This document shows positions 50,249 through 60,323 of a DNA stretch of 64,000 bases, in pieces. Source of the stretch: Gemmatimonadota bacterium (GTDB lineage: Bacteria > Gemmatimonadota > Gemmatimonadetes > Palauibacterales > Palauibacteraceae); assembly GCA_039588275.1 (NCBI GenBank), contig JBDHAC010000024.1:26626-90625 (forward strand). Direction: 5' to 3'. Numbering within the stretch: the stretch's first letter is position 1; every line of letters begins with the position of its first letter. The notes beneath the pieces are model-generated. The model had not been told where the DNA came from and did not search any database. It saw only the letters and a list, made by a program, of their open reading frames with translations. Made by a program: the position numbers and the translations under genes.

Positions 50249-50430
50249 CGGGGAGGAGCGCCAACACAGGAGATGCCCCCGCGCCGCCGTAACCCGAAGG
50301 GCGCATGGGGGTTGTGGCCGACCGTGTCTCTCGTCGTCGACGATGCCCAGGCATCGCCTTCCTCCTCGTTCCATGTCTTCGACTCACAAGACCCATGCGC
50401 GCGACCCGCTCCGGCCCTACCTCGGCCTGC

Positions 50431-51810
50431 TTATAGCCGGATCGGTGGGGTTTCGGTATCCGCGTCGAACACGCCGTCCGGCATCCTCGAAAGCTCGACC
50501 GTACTGAGCTTGCGCTCTCCAGCGGCCGGGTCGCAGATACGAGGCAGCGCGCGTGCACCACACAGGTCGGCGAATGCCGTCACGAGATCGGGATCGAAAG
50601 CGCTCGAGGCCTGAAGGCGCATGTACTCGAGCGCGCTGTCGTGCGAGAGCGCTGGCCGGAAAGGTCGCGTGCTGCGCAACACGTCGTATGCGTCGCAGAT
50701 CTGGACGAGCCGGCTGAACCGGTGGGCGTTTCGAGGATAATGTCGCGGTGGATAACCGGTCTCGCCCTGCCACGCCATGTGATGCTCGTAGGCGACGACG
50801 GCCGAGAGGGTGTGTTCCGCAGGCCCGGCCAACAGCACTCGCGCTCCTTCGGCCGGGTGTCGCTCCATGACGGATCGTTGCTCGGCGGTCAACCCATCCG
50901 GCGCGACGTCGCCGAGCGGTAGCCGGACTTTGCCGATGTCGTGCAGGAGGGCCGCCTCCGTCACGAGCCCCAACTCATCTCCATCGTATTCGAGGTGCGC
51001 GGCGAGCGCGGTGGCCATCAGCGCCACGCTGAGGCAATGGCTGGTCGTATAGCCGTCGGCCGGCACCAGGAGACACGGGGAGGCGACCGAGAGCTCGCCC
51101 GTCGTCTCGATGCCAGGCAGGCTCTCGACGACGCGCCGGGTCTCGGCGGAGGGGAGCCGCCCCGTCTTGGCGATCTCGCCGTGGATCCAACGCACGAGTT
51201 CCGCCACCTCGTCCAGATCTTGCCCGCCGGCGCCCGTCTCCTGCGGAACGACGGAAACCTGCGCGGTTTGCTGCGCTGCGTGCGCCTCATCGGCATCGGG
51301 TGCGGTTCCTGGTGACGGCACCGCGTCCGGGACCACGGGTTCCTCCACGGTGATTGCGGGGGCACCCGGGACGGCTTCCTCCACGGTGGCGGGGGCGCCC
51401 GGGACCACGGGGGGCGCCTCCTCCGCACCATGCGCCACGATCTCGAGCTCGATGTCCTCGAACTTCACGGGCGCGGTGTCGTACAGTCCGAGTTGGCGCG
51501 CCATCTCGTGGAAGCGCTGCTCGAATCCGGGTGCATCCATACCCGCCTCGAACGCCAGGCTCTCGATGCCGGCCTCGCGAAGCCTGGTACGCCACGGTCC
51601 CGCCCCCAGGTCCGTCACCTCCTGCCCGTCGCACAGGACTCGATCCGCCTGGATCTCGAAAACCACATCGCTACCACCGCCGGTCAATGGCCGGAGCTCC
51701 TCGAAGGTGGACGCGATTCCACGCGCAAGCATCGGGTGCGCGGGCCCGTACAGCGATGCCGTCGAAAGCTGTCGGGCGAGGGCGCGAAGGAAGGAGGCCG
51801 CGGAACTCAT
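50431..51810 (-). CDS. HD-GYP domain phosphohydrolase
   Basis: YTTSH; ALLHDIGK; YEHH...GYP; ICDAYD; RPFRPAL; FDP. Confidence 0.88.
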   Translation of the reverse strand: MSSAASFLRALARQLSTASLYGPAHPMLARGIASTFEELRPLTGGGSDVVFEIQADRVLCDGQEVTDLGAGPWRTRLREAGIESLAFEAGMDAPGFEQRFHEMARQLGLYDTAPVKFEDIELEIVAHGAEEAPPVVPGAPATVEEAVPGAPAITVEEPVVPDAVPSPGTAPDADEAHAAQQTAQVSVVPQETGAGGQDLDEVAELVRWIHGEIAKTGRLPSAETRRVVESLPGIETTGELSVASPCLLVPADGYTTSHCLSVALMATALAAHLEYDGDELGLVTEAALLHDIGKVRLPLGDVAPDGLTAEQRSVMERHPAEGARVLLAGPAEHTLSAVVAYEHHMAWQGETGYPPRHYPRNAHRFSRLVQICDAYDVLRSTRPFRPALSHDSALEYMRLQASSAFDPDLVTAFADLCGARALPRICDPAAGERKLSTVELSRMPDGVFDADTETPPIRL

Positions 51811-52823
51811 GGTTCCTGAACGCCGAGTGCCGCGGCACGCACGTCCGGGTCGCCGGACTTAGCGGCCTTGGCCAGGATCTTCTGGGCATCTGCGGGGCAG
51901 TCCGGAAAGGTCGAGAGCGCCTGCAGGGCGGCCAGCAGGACCGGCGAACTCGCGCGCTCACGCGAGCGAAAGAGCTTTGGACCGCGCGGCATCTCCTCCT
52001 GCACGAGCTCGAGTAGAGATGGGACGGCGGCCTGATCACCCGACAGGCCGAGCGCTCGAACGGACATCACCCGCAGCTCCGTGCCCACAGAGTCATCGCA
52101 CGCGATGTCGGCGAGCAACGATACCGCGTCGGGCGGACACGATTCCACCGCCGCGGCGAGGCCCAGCCCCATGGCGCGCGGGTCGCCGTCACCGAGTAGT
52201 CCGCACAGGGCGCGGTCCCGGCAATGCGGGAGCCGCAGCATCAGCTTCAGGGACTCCCGCCGCACGGCGGGGTGCGGGTCTTCGCTGTACTCGGCCGGGC
52301 TCCATTTGGCTGGCCAGGTCTCGAACTCTCCCATCAGGGCCAGCATGTTCCGCCTCGTGAACCAGCGCTTGTCTCGCGTGCGGCGGATCACCTCCGGAGC
52401 GATCGTCGGCCCCAGAGCCGCGAGCCGGGTGAATAGCTGGCTCCGGGTAGAGAGCGAGTCCGACTCTGAGAGAATGTCCAGGATCGCGCCCGCACCGTCG
52501 GACCCGATCCGAGCGAGGAGCAGGTCGAGGGCCTCGAAATCCGGTTCCTCGGCATCGAGCAGCGCCCGCGCCGCGTCGGAGGCGAGGACCCGCTCCCATA
52601 CGACGCGCGAGAGTGGGGAATCGGGCGGCGCCGTGTGCAGAATCCGGAGGAGCACACCAAGTCGAGTCCTGGTGAGCTCCTCGACCGCAGCCCAGACACC
52701 TTCTCCCCCGTCGCCGAGCTCCAGACCCATCATCACCAGGCGCTCAGGCTGTACCGGTGTCGGGGGTCTGGGGGCACCCGGGGCCGTTTCGCTTGTCAAA
52801 TCAGCGGGCGTCGTCACGGTCAC
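51807..52823 (-). CDS. HEAT-repeat protein
   Basis: WFTRRNML, DPHPAVRRE, LRVMSVRALG, DPDVRAAA; stop overlaps the HD-GYP ATG. Confidence 0.75.
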   Translation of the reverse strand: MTVTTPADLTSETAPGAPRPPTPVQPERLVMMGLELGDGGEGVWAAVEELTRTRLGVLLRILHTAPPDSPLSRVVWERVLASDAARALLDAEEPDFEALDLLLARIGSDGAGAILDILSESDSLSTRSQLFTRLAALGPTIAPEVIRRTRDKRWFTRRNMLALMGEFETWPAKWSPAEYSEDPHPAVRRESLKLMLRLPHCRDRALCGLLGDGDPRAMGLGLAAAVESCPPDAVSLLADIACDDSVGTELRVMSVRALGLSGDQAAVPSLLELVQEEMPRGPKLFRSRERASSPVLLAALQALSTFPDCPADAQKILAKAAKSGDPDVRAAALGVQEP

Positions 52824-53066
52824 TCCGCGCGGGCAGCTCCAGTAATCTGCTAAAGGCGATTCAGAGCGTAACTTGCGAGCCGCTCCACCATCGGAGCAAG
52901 AAGTCTGCCGCCTTCAGCAGGTCCGGCCCGGCCCGCGACGGGGACTCGCCTCGCTTGCTCGCGCTCGACGCGTCCACATATTGCACCACCCCTGGCAGGC
53001 CGCTCGTGACGCGGCCCGCTGGAGTCTCTCAGCGGCCGGTTGAGGCAGCCGGCTTGGCAAGGACCA

Positions 53067-54044
53067 ATGATCGCGTTAATCACGGGTATTACCGGACAGG
53101 ACGGATCGTATCTGGCGGAGTTGCTTCTCGATAAGGGATACGAGGTACACGGGATGGTCCGTCGATCCTCACTCGAGAAGTTCGACCGCATCGCCCACCT
53201 GAAGGACCGAATCCACCTTCACCGTGCGGATCTGCTCGACCAGCTCTCGCTGATCCGCATGCTCCGCGAGGTCAATCCGACCGAGGTGTACAACCTCGCG
53301 GCGCAGTCGTTCGTCCCCACGTCCTGGGAACAACCGCTGTTGACGGGCGAATTCACCGCACTGGGCGTAACAAGGGTGCTCGAGGCGATCAGGGCCGTCG
53401 ACCCGTCGATCCGTTTCTACCAGGCCTCCTCATCCGAGATGTTCGGGAAGGTTCGCGAGTCTCCGCAGAACGAAGCGACCCCCTTCTATCCGCGAAGCCC
53501 GTACGGCGTGGCCAAGGTGTACGGCCATTTCATCACGGTAAACTATCGCGAGAGCTATGATCTTTTTGCGGTTAGCGGAATTCTTTTCAACCACGAGAGC
53601 CCGAGACGTGGCCTCGAGTTCGTGACCCGCAAAGTCGCATGGCACGCCGCCGCGATAAAGCTCGGCCTGGCAGAGCGACTCTCGGTGGGGAACCTGGACG
53701 CACGGCGCGACTGGGGATTCGCCGGCGACTTCGTGCTCGCCATGTGGCAGATGCTGCAGGGTCCGGAGCCCGAGGACTTCGTCGTGGGAACCGGAACCAC
53801 GCACAGCGTCAGCGACTTGCTGGACGCGGCCTTCGGGTGCGTGGAGCTGGACTGGCACGATTTCGTCGTGCAGGATCCCGCGCTCATGCGCCCGGCCGAA
53901 GTCGACACGCTGAGGGCGGACCCGACCAAGGCGAAAGAAAAGCTGGGGTGGGAGCCGACGGTCACTTTCGAGGAGTTGGTGAGGATGATGGTGGAGGCGG
54001 ATCTGGACAAGTTGCGCGCCGGAGCGTCGGAGGGCGCCCTCTGA
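53067..54044 (+). CDS. gmd: GDP-mannose 4,6-dehydratase
   Basis: [47 protein letters not shown]. Confidence 0.96.
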   Translation: MIALITGITGQDGSYLAELLLDKGYEVHGMVRRSSLEKFDRIAHLKDRIHLHRADLLDQLSLIRMLREVNPTEVYNLAAQSFVPTSWEQPLLTGEFTALGVTRVLEAIRAVDPSIRFYQASSSEMFGKVRESPQNEATPFYPRSPYGVAKVYGHFITVNYRESYDLFAVSGILFNHESPRRGLEFVTRKVAWHAAAIKLGLAERLSVGNLDARRDWGFAGDFVLAMWQMLQGPEPEDFVVGTGTTHSVSDLLDAAFGCVELDWHDFVVQDPALMRPAEVDTLRADPTKAKEKLGWEPTVTFEELVRMMVEADLDKLRAGASEGAL

Positions 54045-54057
54045 CGGCGGCTCGCGG

Positions 54058-55014
54058 ATGAGCAGGGTCCTCGTTACGGGGGCGGCCGGTTTCATCGGGA
54101 GCCACGTCGTCGAGCGCCTGTTGGTTGGCGGTCACGAAGTGTACGGTCTCGACAACCTGGATGATTTCTACGACCTGGATGTCAAGCTCCGTAACCTGTC
54201 GGCCGCCCGAGGCCGTTCAGCGTTCCATTTCGTGGAAGCCGACATCCGCGACCCGGAGGCGCTCGATTCTCTGCCGGAAGGGATCTCCCTGATCATCCAC
54301 CTCGCGGCACGGGCGGGTGTTCGTCCCTCTATCGAGCGCCCGCTGCTGTATCAGGATGTAAACGTGCGCGGCACGCAGCAGTTGCTGGAGTACGCGCGCT
54401 CGGCGGGCATCCACCGCTTCATCTTCGGATCATCCTCGTCCGTGTACGGGAACAGCGAGGCAGTCCCGTTCTCGGAGGACGATCGAGTCGACCACCCCAT
54501 CTCGCCTTACGCGGCGACGAAGCGTGCAGGTGAGCTCCTGTGTCACACGTACCACCACCTGTTCGGGATCGCGTGTGTGGCGCTCCGATTCTTCACCGTA
54601 TACGGGCCGCGCCAACGGCCCGACCTGGCGATCCACAAGTTCACGCGACTGATGGTGAACGGCGATCCCATCCAACAGTTCGGCGACGGAAGCACCCAAC
54701 GCGACTACACGTACATCGACGACATTCTGCAGGGCGTTGAAGGCGCACGGCGACTCCTCGAGGATGACGAGGACCTGTTCGAGATCATCAATCTCGGGGA
54801 GAGCGAGACCGTCGAGCTTTCACGCCTCATCTCGCTGATCGCGGACACGCTGGGGGTCGAGCCTCGGATCGAGCTGCTACCCATCCAGCCGGGCGATGTG
54901 CATCGCACATACGCGGACATCTCCAAGGCGCGCCGGGTGCTCGGGTATGACCCGCAGACGAGCATCGAGGAGGGCATCCCGCGGTTCGTCGAGTGGTATC
55001 GGGCGACCTGCTAA
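54058..55014 (+). CDS. NAD-dependent epimerase, UDP-glucuronate 4-epimerase-like
   Basis: TGAAGFIG; HLAARAGVR; YAATK; LRFFTVYGP.QRPD; RDYTYIDD. Confidence 0.88.
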   Translation: MSRVLVTGAAGFIGSHVVERLLVGGHEVYGLDNLDDFYDLDVKLRNLSAARGRSAFHFVEADIRDPEALDSLPEGISLIIHLAARAGVRPSIERPLLYQDVNVRGTQQLLEYARSAGIHRFIFGSSSSVYGNSEAVPFSEDDRVDHPISPYAATKRAGELLCHTYHHLFGIACVALRFFTVYGPRQRPDLAIHKFTRLMVNGDPIQQFGDGSTQRDYTYIDDILQGVEGARRLLEDDEDLFEIINLGESETVELSRLISLIADTLGVEPRIELLPIQPGDVHRTYADISKARRVLGYDPQTSIEEGIPRFVEWYRATC

Positions 55015-56087
55015 GTGCGGACGCGCGCGTAGAGGGCGAGGCCTGCCAACAGGAACAGCAGGTTCGGGGTCCAGGCCGCCGCGGCAGGCGGAAGCGCTCC
55101 TCCCGCCCCTAGCGCCTCCGATATCCGGATGAGGATCATGAAGAGGATCGTCGTGGCGAGCGCGATAGCGACGGACATCGGCGCCCCCCCACGACGGCTC
55201 GAATGAGCGAGCGGGGTCCCGAACAAGACGATGATCAAGCAGGCGAACGGAAACGCGATTCGCATTGCGCGGGCGGTCTCGAGCTTCATGGCGGTGCCTC
55301 CGGAGCGCTGGATGGCGTTTATGAACCGACCCAGCTCCGTATACTGCATCTCCTTCGGCTCCTTCGGTTCCGCGCGAAGCTCCTCGGGCGTCTCGTCGAA
55401 GGCGCGCTGCCACAGCTCCCGGAAGCCGTAGGTTCGCGTCACTCCCGGCTCCAGGAAGCGACGCAGATGCCCGTGCTCGAGCACCCACCGGCCCGAGAGC
55501 GTGTCGAGATGGGCACCGGACGCAGCGATGTTGTAGGTGGGGTACGCGGGCCCGGTGCCCTCGCGCTCCACCTGCACGTCCGACATGCGGAGATCACGAG
55601 TGTCCAGCCTGCGGACTTTATACACGCGACCTTCGTTCGCTCGGTAGACGAAGGTCAGGCGGAGAGTCCGGCTTCGCGTCTCCTCCTCCCCGAGGACCTC
55701 ATCGGACCGCCGGTTCGTGACCGGAACGATGTCGGTGAGAGCCAGAGCGACGCCACTCAACACGAGGCCCGCGAGCACGATCGGGGCGGTCAACCGGTAG
55801 AAGGAGACTCCTCCCGCCTTTATCGCCGTCGTCTCGAACCGGCGAGTCATGGTCGAAATCGTGAACACCGACGCCAGAAGCGCCGCGATCGGGAAGCCGA
55901 GCAGGGACTGGTACGGGTACTGGTAGACGTAGTGGAGCGCGACTTCGGCTCTCGTCGCTCCCTGAGCCAGGAACAGGTCCAGGTTGTCGACGAGGTCGAT
56001 GACGATGAACAGCAGCGGTACGCCGAGGACGCAGATGCTGAAGATCCTCAGGAACTGCCCGACGACGTACCGGTCGAGGATTCTCAA
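55011..56087 (-). CDS. lptG: LPS export permease LptG
   Basis: TTG start overlapping the lptF stop; RILDRY; ETTAIKAGGVS; AWTPNLLF. Confidence 0.85.
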   Translation of the reverse strand: MRILDRYVVGQFLRIFSICVLGVPLLFIVIDLVDNLDLFLAQGATRAEVALHYVYQYPYQSLLGFPIAALLASVFTISTMTRRFETTAIKAGGVSFYRLTAPIVLAGLVLSGVALALTDIVPVTNRRSDEVLGEEETRSRTLRLTFVYRANEGRVYKVRRLDTRDLRMSDVQVEREGTGPAYPTYNIAASGAHLDTLSGRWVLEHGHLRRFLEPGVTRTYGFRELWQRAFDETPEELRAEPKEPKEMQYTELGRFINAIQRSGGTAMKLETARAMRIAFPFACLIIVLFGTPLAHSSRRGGAPMSVAIALATTILFMILIRISEALGAGGALPPAAAAWTPNLLFLLAGLALYARVRT

Positions 56088-57484
56088 CGCGTCACCTTGG
56101 TGGCGCGCCACAGCGCGCCGAGCCCGATGAGCCCGAAGAGCACGTTCGGCGCCCACATGGCCCAGAAGGCCGACACGATCCGGTTGTCCGCCAGCTCCTC
56201 GCCCCCCACGAGCGATACGTAATACGCCGCGAAGAAACACAGGCTCACGGCAACGACCAGCGCGACCCCGCCGCGCGGGTACCGTACGGCGATCGGAGCT
56301 CCGATGAGCACGAACACGATGCACGCGGCCGGGATCGTGTACTTCTTGTGAATCTCGACCGCGAACTTGTTCACCTGAGCTTGCCCCGCTGCGGCATTGT
56401 CCCGATACGTGTTGAATTGGGCCACCGCGTCGTTGGGGTGCGAGACTCGACGGACGGCCGAGCGAGCCGCGATCGCGGCGGAGTCTTCGACCGCCCGCGC
56501 CGGGAGCGTGTCCATCTGGCCGGTGTTCGACGCGACCACCGGTGCTTCGGCGCTGTCGGAGACGAATCCCGCGGTCTCGAGGGAGTCCGTCGCCACCTCT
56601 CCCAGCGTGAGGTACTCCGCCAGCGCCTTCCCATACTCGCGGCTCTCCGCAATCGCCCTCCTGGTCCGCTCCTTTCCTTCGCGCACCTCCTCCATCATCT
56701 GCTCGATGTTCATCTCGCGGTCACTGCGATAGGCGTTCAGCGTGTCGCGCTCGAGCTCGTTCGCGACCCCGGCCACGCGCATCCGCAAGGTCTCGAACCC
56801 CACCCGCTGGAAATCCGACGGTCTGTCGCTCACGCGCTCCTGCAGGAATCCGTAGTGGAGCGTCATGTAGAGATCCTCACCGTCTTCGCTGAACGCCATC
56901 TGGCCGCTGTCCGCGTAGATCGTGCGACTCCGGCGGCCGTCGCGCTCGTCGTATATCACCGTGTCGTGCAGGCGACTGCTGTCGCGGTCGATTCGTCCGG
57001 GCTTGACGTAGAGGCGTCCCGGAAGCACCTCGTTGATCGTCTGATCGCGCAGGTAGAACGTAGGCTTCTTTCGTCCGATCCCGGTCAGCAACACCTGGAG
57101 CTGATGGTTCGATTCGGGGAGAATGGTGTTGTTGAACCAGGTCATGGCCCCAGCCAGGACGGTCGCCGCGACTACCAGCGGCACGAGCAGGCGCGTCAGC
57201 GGCAGGCCACACGCCTTCATCGCGGTGATCTCGTGATCGGCGGCGAGGTGGTTGAACGCGTACAGCACCGCGATCAAGACGGCCATCGGGAGCGTCTGCG
57301 CGAGGATGAAGGGGATCGAGTACAAGAAGACTTCCGCGATCACGGACCAGTGGAGCCCCTTGCCGATCAGGTCTTCGAACCGCTTGCTCACCTGGTCCAA
57401 CAGGAGCAGCAGCGTGAGGCCGGTCACGGCGAACAAGAAAGGCGCCACATGGAGGCGCAGTAGGTATCGCGTGAGGATCCGCAT
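56084..57484 (-). CDS. lptF: LPS export permease LptF
   Basis: RILTRY; LPMAVL; EITAMKACG; EIHKKY.IP; AMWAPN. Confidence 0.85.
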   Translation of the reverse strand: MRILTRYLLRLHVAPFLFAVTGLTLLLLLDQVSKRFEDLIGKGLHWSVIAEVFLYSIPFILAQTLPMAVLIAVLYAFNHLAADHEITAMKACGLPLTRLLVPLVVAATVLAGAMTWFNNTILPESNHQLQVLLTGIGRKKPTFYLRDQTINEVLPGRLYVKPGRIDRDSSRLHDTVIYDERDGRRSRTIYADSGQMAFSEDGEDLYMTLHYGFLQERVSDRPSDFQRVGFETLRMRVAGVANELERDTLNAYRSDREMNIEQMMEEVREGKERTRRAIAESREYGKALAEYLTLGEVATDSLETAGFVSDSAEAPVVASNTGQMDTLPARAVEDSAAIAARSAVRRVSHPNDAVAQFNTYRDNAAAGQAQVNKFAVEIHKKYTIPAACIVFVLIGAPIAVRYPRGGVALVVAVSLCFFAAYYVSLVGGEELADNRIVSAFWAMWAPNVLFGLIGLGALWRATKVTR

Positions 57485-57622
57485 CATCCCGACAGTAACC
57501 GGGCCGCCCCGTCTTGTCAGCCTGTCCCACGATCCGACCACACTGCCCGGTCTCGCGTGGTCACAGCGGATGTACAGCCCGCTGAGTGGCAGGATCCGTC
57601 GGTCGTGGCCGCAGCCACCGGT

Positions 57623-58687
57623 ATGAGAAGGACAGCGGGGCTGAAGGTGCCCCCCCGTTCGGTGGCCCTCGTCCGGTTGAGCGCGATCGGAGACACGATC
57701 CACGCGATGCCGATCGTCGCCTCACTGAGCCGTGCCTGGCCGCAGTGCCGCATCACCTGGGTGATCCAGCCCGGGCCCTACGAGCTGATGCGCGGTCACC
57801 CCGACGTGTCCGAGTTCATCCTCTTTGACCGCGAGCTCGGGATGCGGGCGTACACGGACTTTCGCCGTCGTGTGAAGGGCCGGCGTTTCGATCTCGTCCT
57901 GGACGTCCACCCCTACCTCAAAGCCGGGATTGTGACCCGCACCCTCGACGCGCCGATCCGGCTGGGATACGACCGGGCGCGGGCGCGCGACCTGAGCTGG
58001 CTGTTCACGAACCGCAGGATCGAGGCACGTCCACCCGGACACGTGCAGGACCAGTACTTCGAGTTCCTCGAGCATCTGGGCGTGCCCGTCGTGGCGGAGT
58101 GGGATTTTTGCTTCACGGAGGAGGAGAGGGCGGCTCGAGACGCGTTCTTCGGCGCGATCGACGGTCCGGTTCTGGCGATCGTGCTGTGCTCCTCGCGAGC
58201 CGAAAAGGACTGGACCCTCGACCGGTACGCTCGGGTAGTCGAGGTGGCACAAAGGGATCTCGGTTTCCGGGCGATCGTGGTCGGTGGCGGCTCGGCGCGC
58301 GAGCGGACCCATGCCGCGCGGTTGCGGTCCCTGTGTCGGGCGGCGCCCGGCGTCGAATTGCGTTACGATCTTCGTAGGTTGGCCTGGATCCTCGACGGTA
58401 GCTCCCTGGTCCTGAGCCCCGATAGCGGGCCACTGCACCTTGCGGTTGCACTGGGCACGCCGACCATCGGGCTCTACGGCACCACCGACCCGAAACGATG
58501 CGGGCCGTACCGCCGCTTCGGGGACCTGCTGATTGACCGGTACACGCGCCCGGGCGAGAGCCTGCCGTCGCGGCGACGGCGTCCGGGAAACATGGTGCGG
58601 ATCACCGTGGATGACGTGCTCGACAAGCTAGAGCTGGCGAGGCAGAGATACGTGACCTCTAACGTGGATGTTACATGGGCGAAGTGA
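57623..58687 (+). CDS. GT9 LPS heptosyltransferase-like glycosyltransferase
   Basis: RLSAIGDTIH; KDW; SPDSGPLHLAVALGTPTIGLYG; start may be 57557. Confidence 0.88.
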   Translation: MRRTAGLKVPPRSVALVRLSAIGDTIHAMPIVASLSRAWPQCRITWVIQPGPYELMRGHPDVSEFILFDRELGMRAYTDFRRRVKGRRFDLVLDVHPYLKAGIVTRTLDAPIRLGYDRARARDLSWLFTNRRIEARPPGHVQDQYFEFLEHLGVPVVAEWDFCFTEEERAARDAFFGAIDGPVLAIVLCSSRAEKDWTLDRYARVVEVAQRDLGFRAIVVGGGSARERTHAARLRSLCRAAPGVELRYDLRRLAWILDGSSLVLSPDSGPLHLAVALGTPTIGLYGTTDPKRCGPYRRFGDLLIDRYTRPGESLPSRRRRPGNMVRITVDDVLDKLELARQRYVTSNVDVTWAK

Positions 58688-60321
58688 TTTCCGGGGACGA
58701 CGCCGCGCCCGTTTCGAGCCCGGCGCCGGACGCGATCTCGAGCGACGCACAGGGGAGCGGCCAGACTCGCACCGGCCGCATCCTGTGGGTGGATGACGAG
58801 GTCGACTTGCTCCGCCCGCACCTGATGCTCCTGCGCTCGACGGGTTACCAGGTCGACGCGATCATGAACGGCCAGGACGCCCTCGAGCTGTTGCGCAGCG
58901 AGAGCTACGATCTCGTGCTCCTCGACGAGCAGATGCCGGGTCTCAGCGGCATCGAGGTCCTCACACGACTTCGCCGCACGTCCCCTCGTCTGCCGGTCGT
59001 CATGGTCACGAAGAGCGAGGCCTACTCGACGATGCACGAGGCGATCGGACATCGAGCCGACGATTACATCGTCAAGCCCACGAGTCCACGGCAGGTGCTC
59101 TCCGTCGTCACGCGGCTTCTCGAGGGACCCGCCCTGCAGCACGAGCAGATCGCTCGTGATTTCACGCGCCGGTTCGGCGAGTTCCGCGAGGATCTGTCCA
59201 CCGCGGCGAGCTGGGATGAGTGCGCCCGTCTGTATTCGGAGATGGTCGATTGGGATCTGAAGCTCGAGGAAGCGAGAGAACGTGGTCTACGCGAGACCCT
59301 CGACATGCTCCTCGCCGACCTTCGTCGGATCTTCTGCGATCTCGTGGCGGCGCAGTACGGCGAATGGGTACACGAAGGCGGCGAAGCCGGGCCCACGCTC
59401 TCGGTGGACGTCCTGCCGCGCTTCTTCAAGCCGCTCTTGGTCGAAGATCCGGCCTCGCTGCTCGTCGTCATGGACTGCATGCGTCTCGATCAGTGGCGCG
59501 CGATCATGCCACTGCTGAGCGACATGTTCGAGATCGAAGAGGCGCTGTACGCTTCGATCCTGCCGACTGCAACGCCGTTCGCGCGCAACGCGATCTTCAG
59601 CGGACTGTTTCCCGACGAGCTGGCCGAACGTCGGCCCGACTGGTGGAAGGCGGGCATCGAGGTCGGATACAATACGTTCGAGGACGAGCTGTTCGAGGAG
59701 TTCGTGGCGGAGCTGGCGGGCCACCGGATGCGAACGCATTACGAGAAGATCTTCTCCGCCGATCAGGGCGAGAACATGCTCGCGAGGCTCGCCGGCTGCC
59801 TCTCGGGACCCTCGACCACGGCACTCGTGTTCGGATTCGTGGACATGCTGACGCACGGGAGGAGCGAGTCGAAGCTGATCTGGGAGATGGCTCGCGACAC
59901 GAGTGCGCTCCGATCGCTCACGGTGACCTGGTTCCAGCGCTCGACGGCGTACCGCGCACTCGCGATGGCGGCACAACGCGGTGTCCGTGTGCTGCTGACC
60001 ACGGACCACGGCTCGTTGCACTGTCATCGATCGGCGACGATCTACGCTAAGCGCGACGCGACCGCGAACCTGCGGTACAAGTTCGGCGACGATTTGCGGG
60101 TCGAGAACCCCGGGGCCGTGTTCGCGACTTCGGACGCCGATGAGCTGCGGTTGCCGCCGGGCGGCATGAAGCGCAACTACGTCCTGTGCCGTGAGGATTT
60201 CTTCTTCGTCTATCCGACGAAGTTGAGGGAGTACCAACAGCGGTACCGCGACAGCTTCCTGCACGGCGGCGTCAGCCCGGAGGAAATGGTTCTTCCCGCG
60301 GTCCTCCTCACGCCGCGCTGA
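58675..60321 (+). CDS. PorX-like response regulator: receiver + PglZ alkaline-phosphatase-family domain
   Basis: ILWVDDE, LLDEQMPG, MVTK, YIVKP; VMDCMR, LPTATPFARNAIFSG, DMLTH, TTDHG, FLHGG.S.EE. Confidence 0.9.
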   Translation: MGEVISGDDAAPVSSPAPDAISSDAQGSGQTRTGRILWVDDEVDLLRPHLMLLRSTGYQVDAIMNGQDALELLRSESYDLVLLDEQMPGLSGIEVLTRLRRTSPRLPVVMVTKSEAYSTMHEAIGHRADDYIVKPTSPRQVLSVVTRLLEGPALQHEQIARDFTRRFGEFREDLSTAASWDECARLYSEMVDWDLKLEEARERGLRETLDMLLADLRRIFCDLVAAQYGEWVHEGGEAGPTLSVDVLPRFFKPLLVEDPASLLVVMDCMRLDQWRAIMPLLSDMFEIEEALYASILPTATPFARNAIFSGLFPDELAERRPDWWKAGIEVGYNTFEDELFEEFVAELAGHRMRTHYEKIFSADQGENMLARLAGCLSGPSTTALVFGFVDMLTHGRSESKLIWEMARDTSALRSLTVTWFQRSTAYRALAMAAQRGVRVLLTTDHGSLHCHRSATIYAKRDATANLRYKFGDDLRVENPGAVFATSDADELRLPPGGMKRNYVLCREDFFFVYPTKLREYQQRYRDSFLHGGVSPEEMVLPAVLLTPR

Positions 60322-60323
60322 CA

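Noticed and set aside
50270..50320. Hairpin upstream of the Cho-like gene as a riboswitch or SOS box
   Set aside because: Short, bulged GC stem with no recognisable consensus; consistent with chance at this GC content.
58675..60321. PglZ domain as part of a BREX/Pgl phage defence system
   Set aside because: It is fused to a receiver domain (PorX architecture), and no brxC, pglX or brxL gene is nearby.
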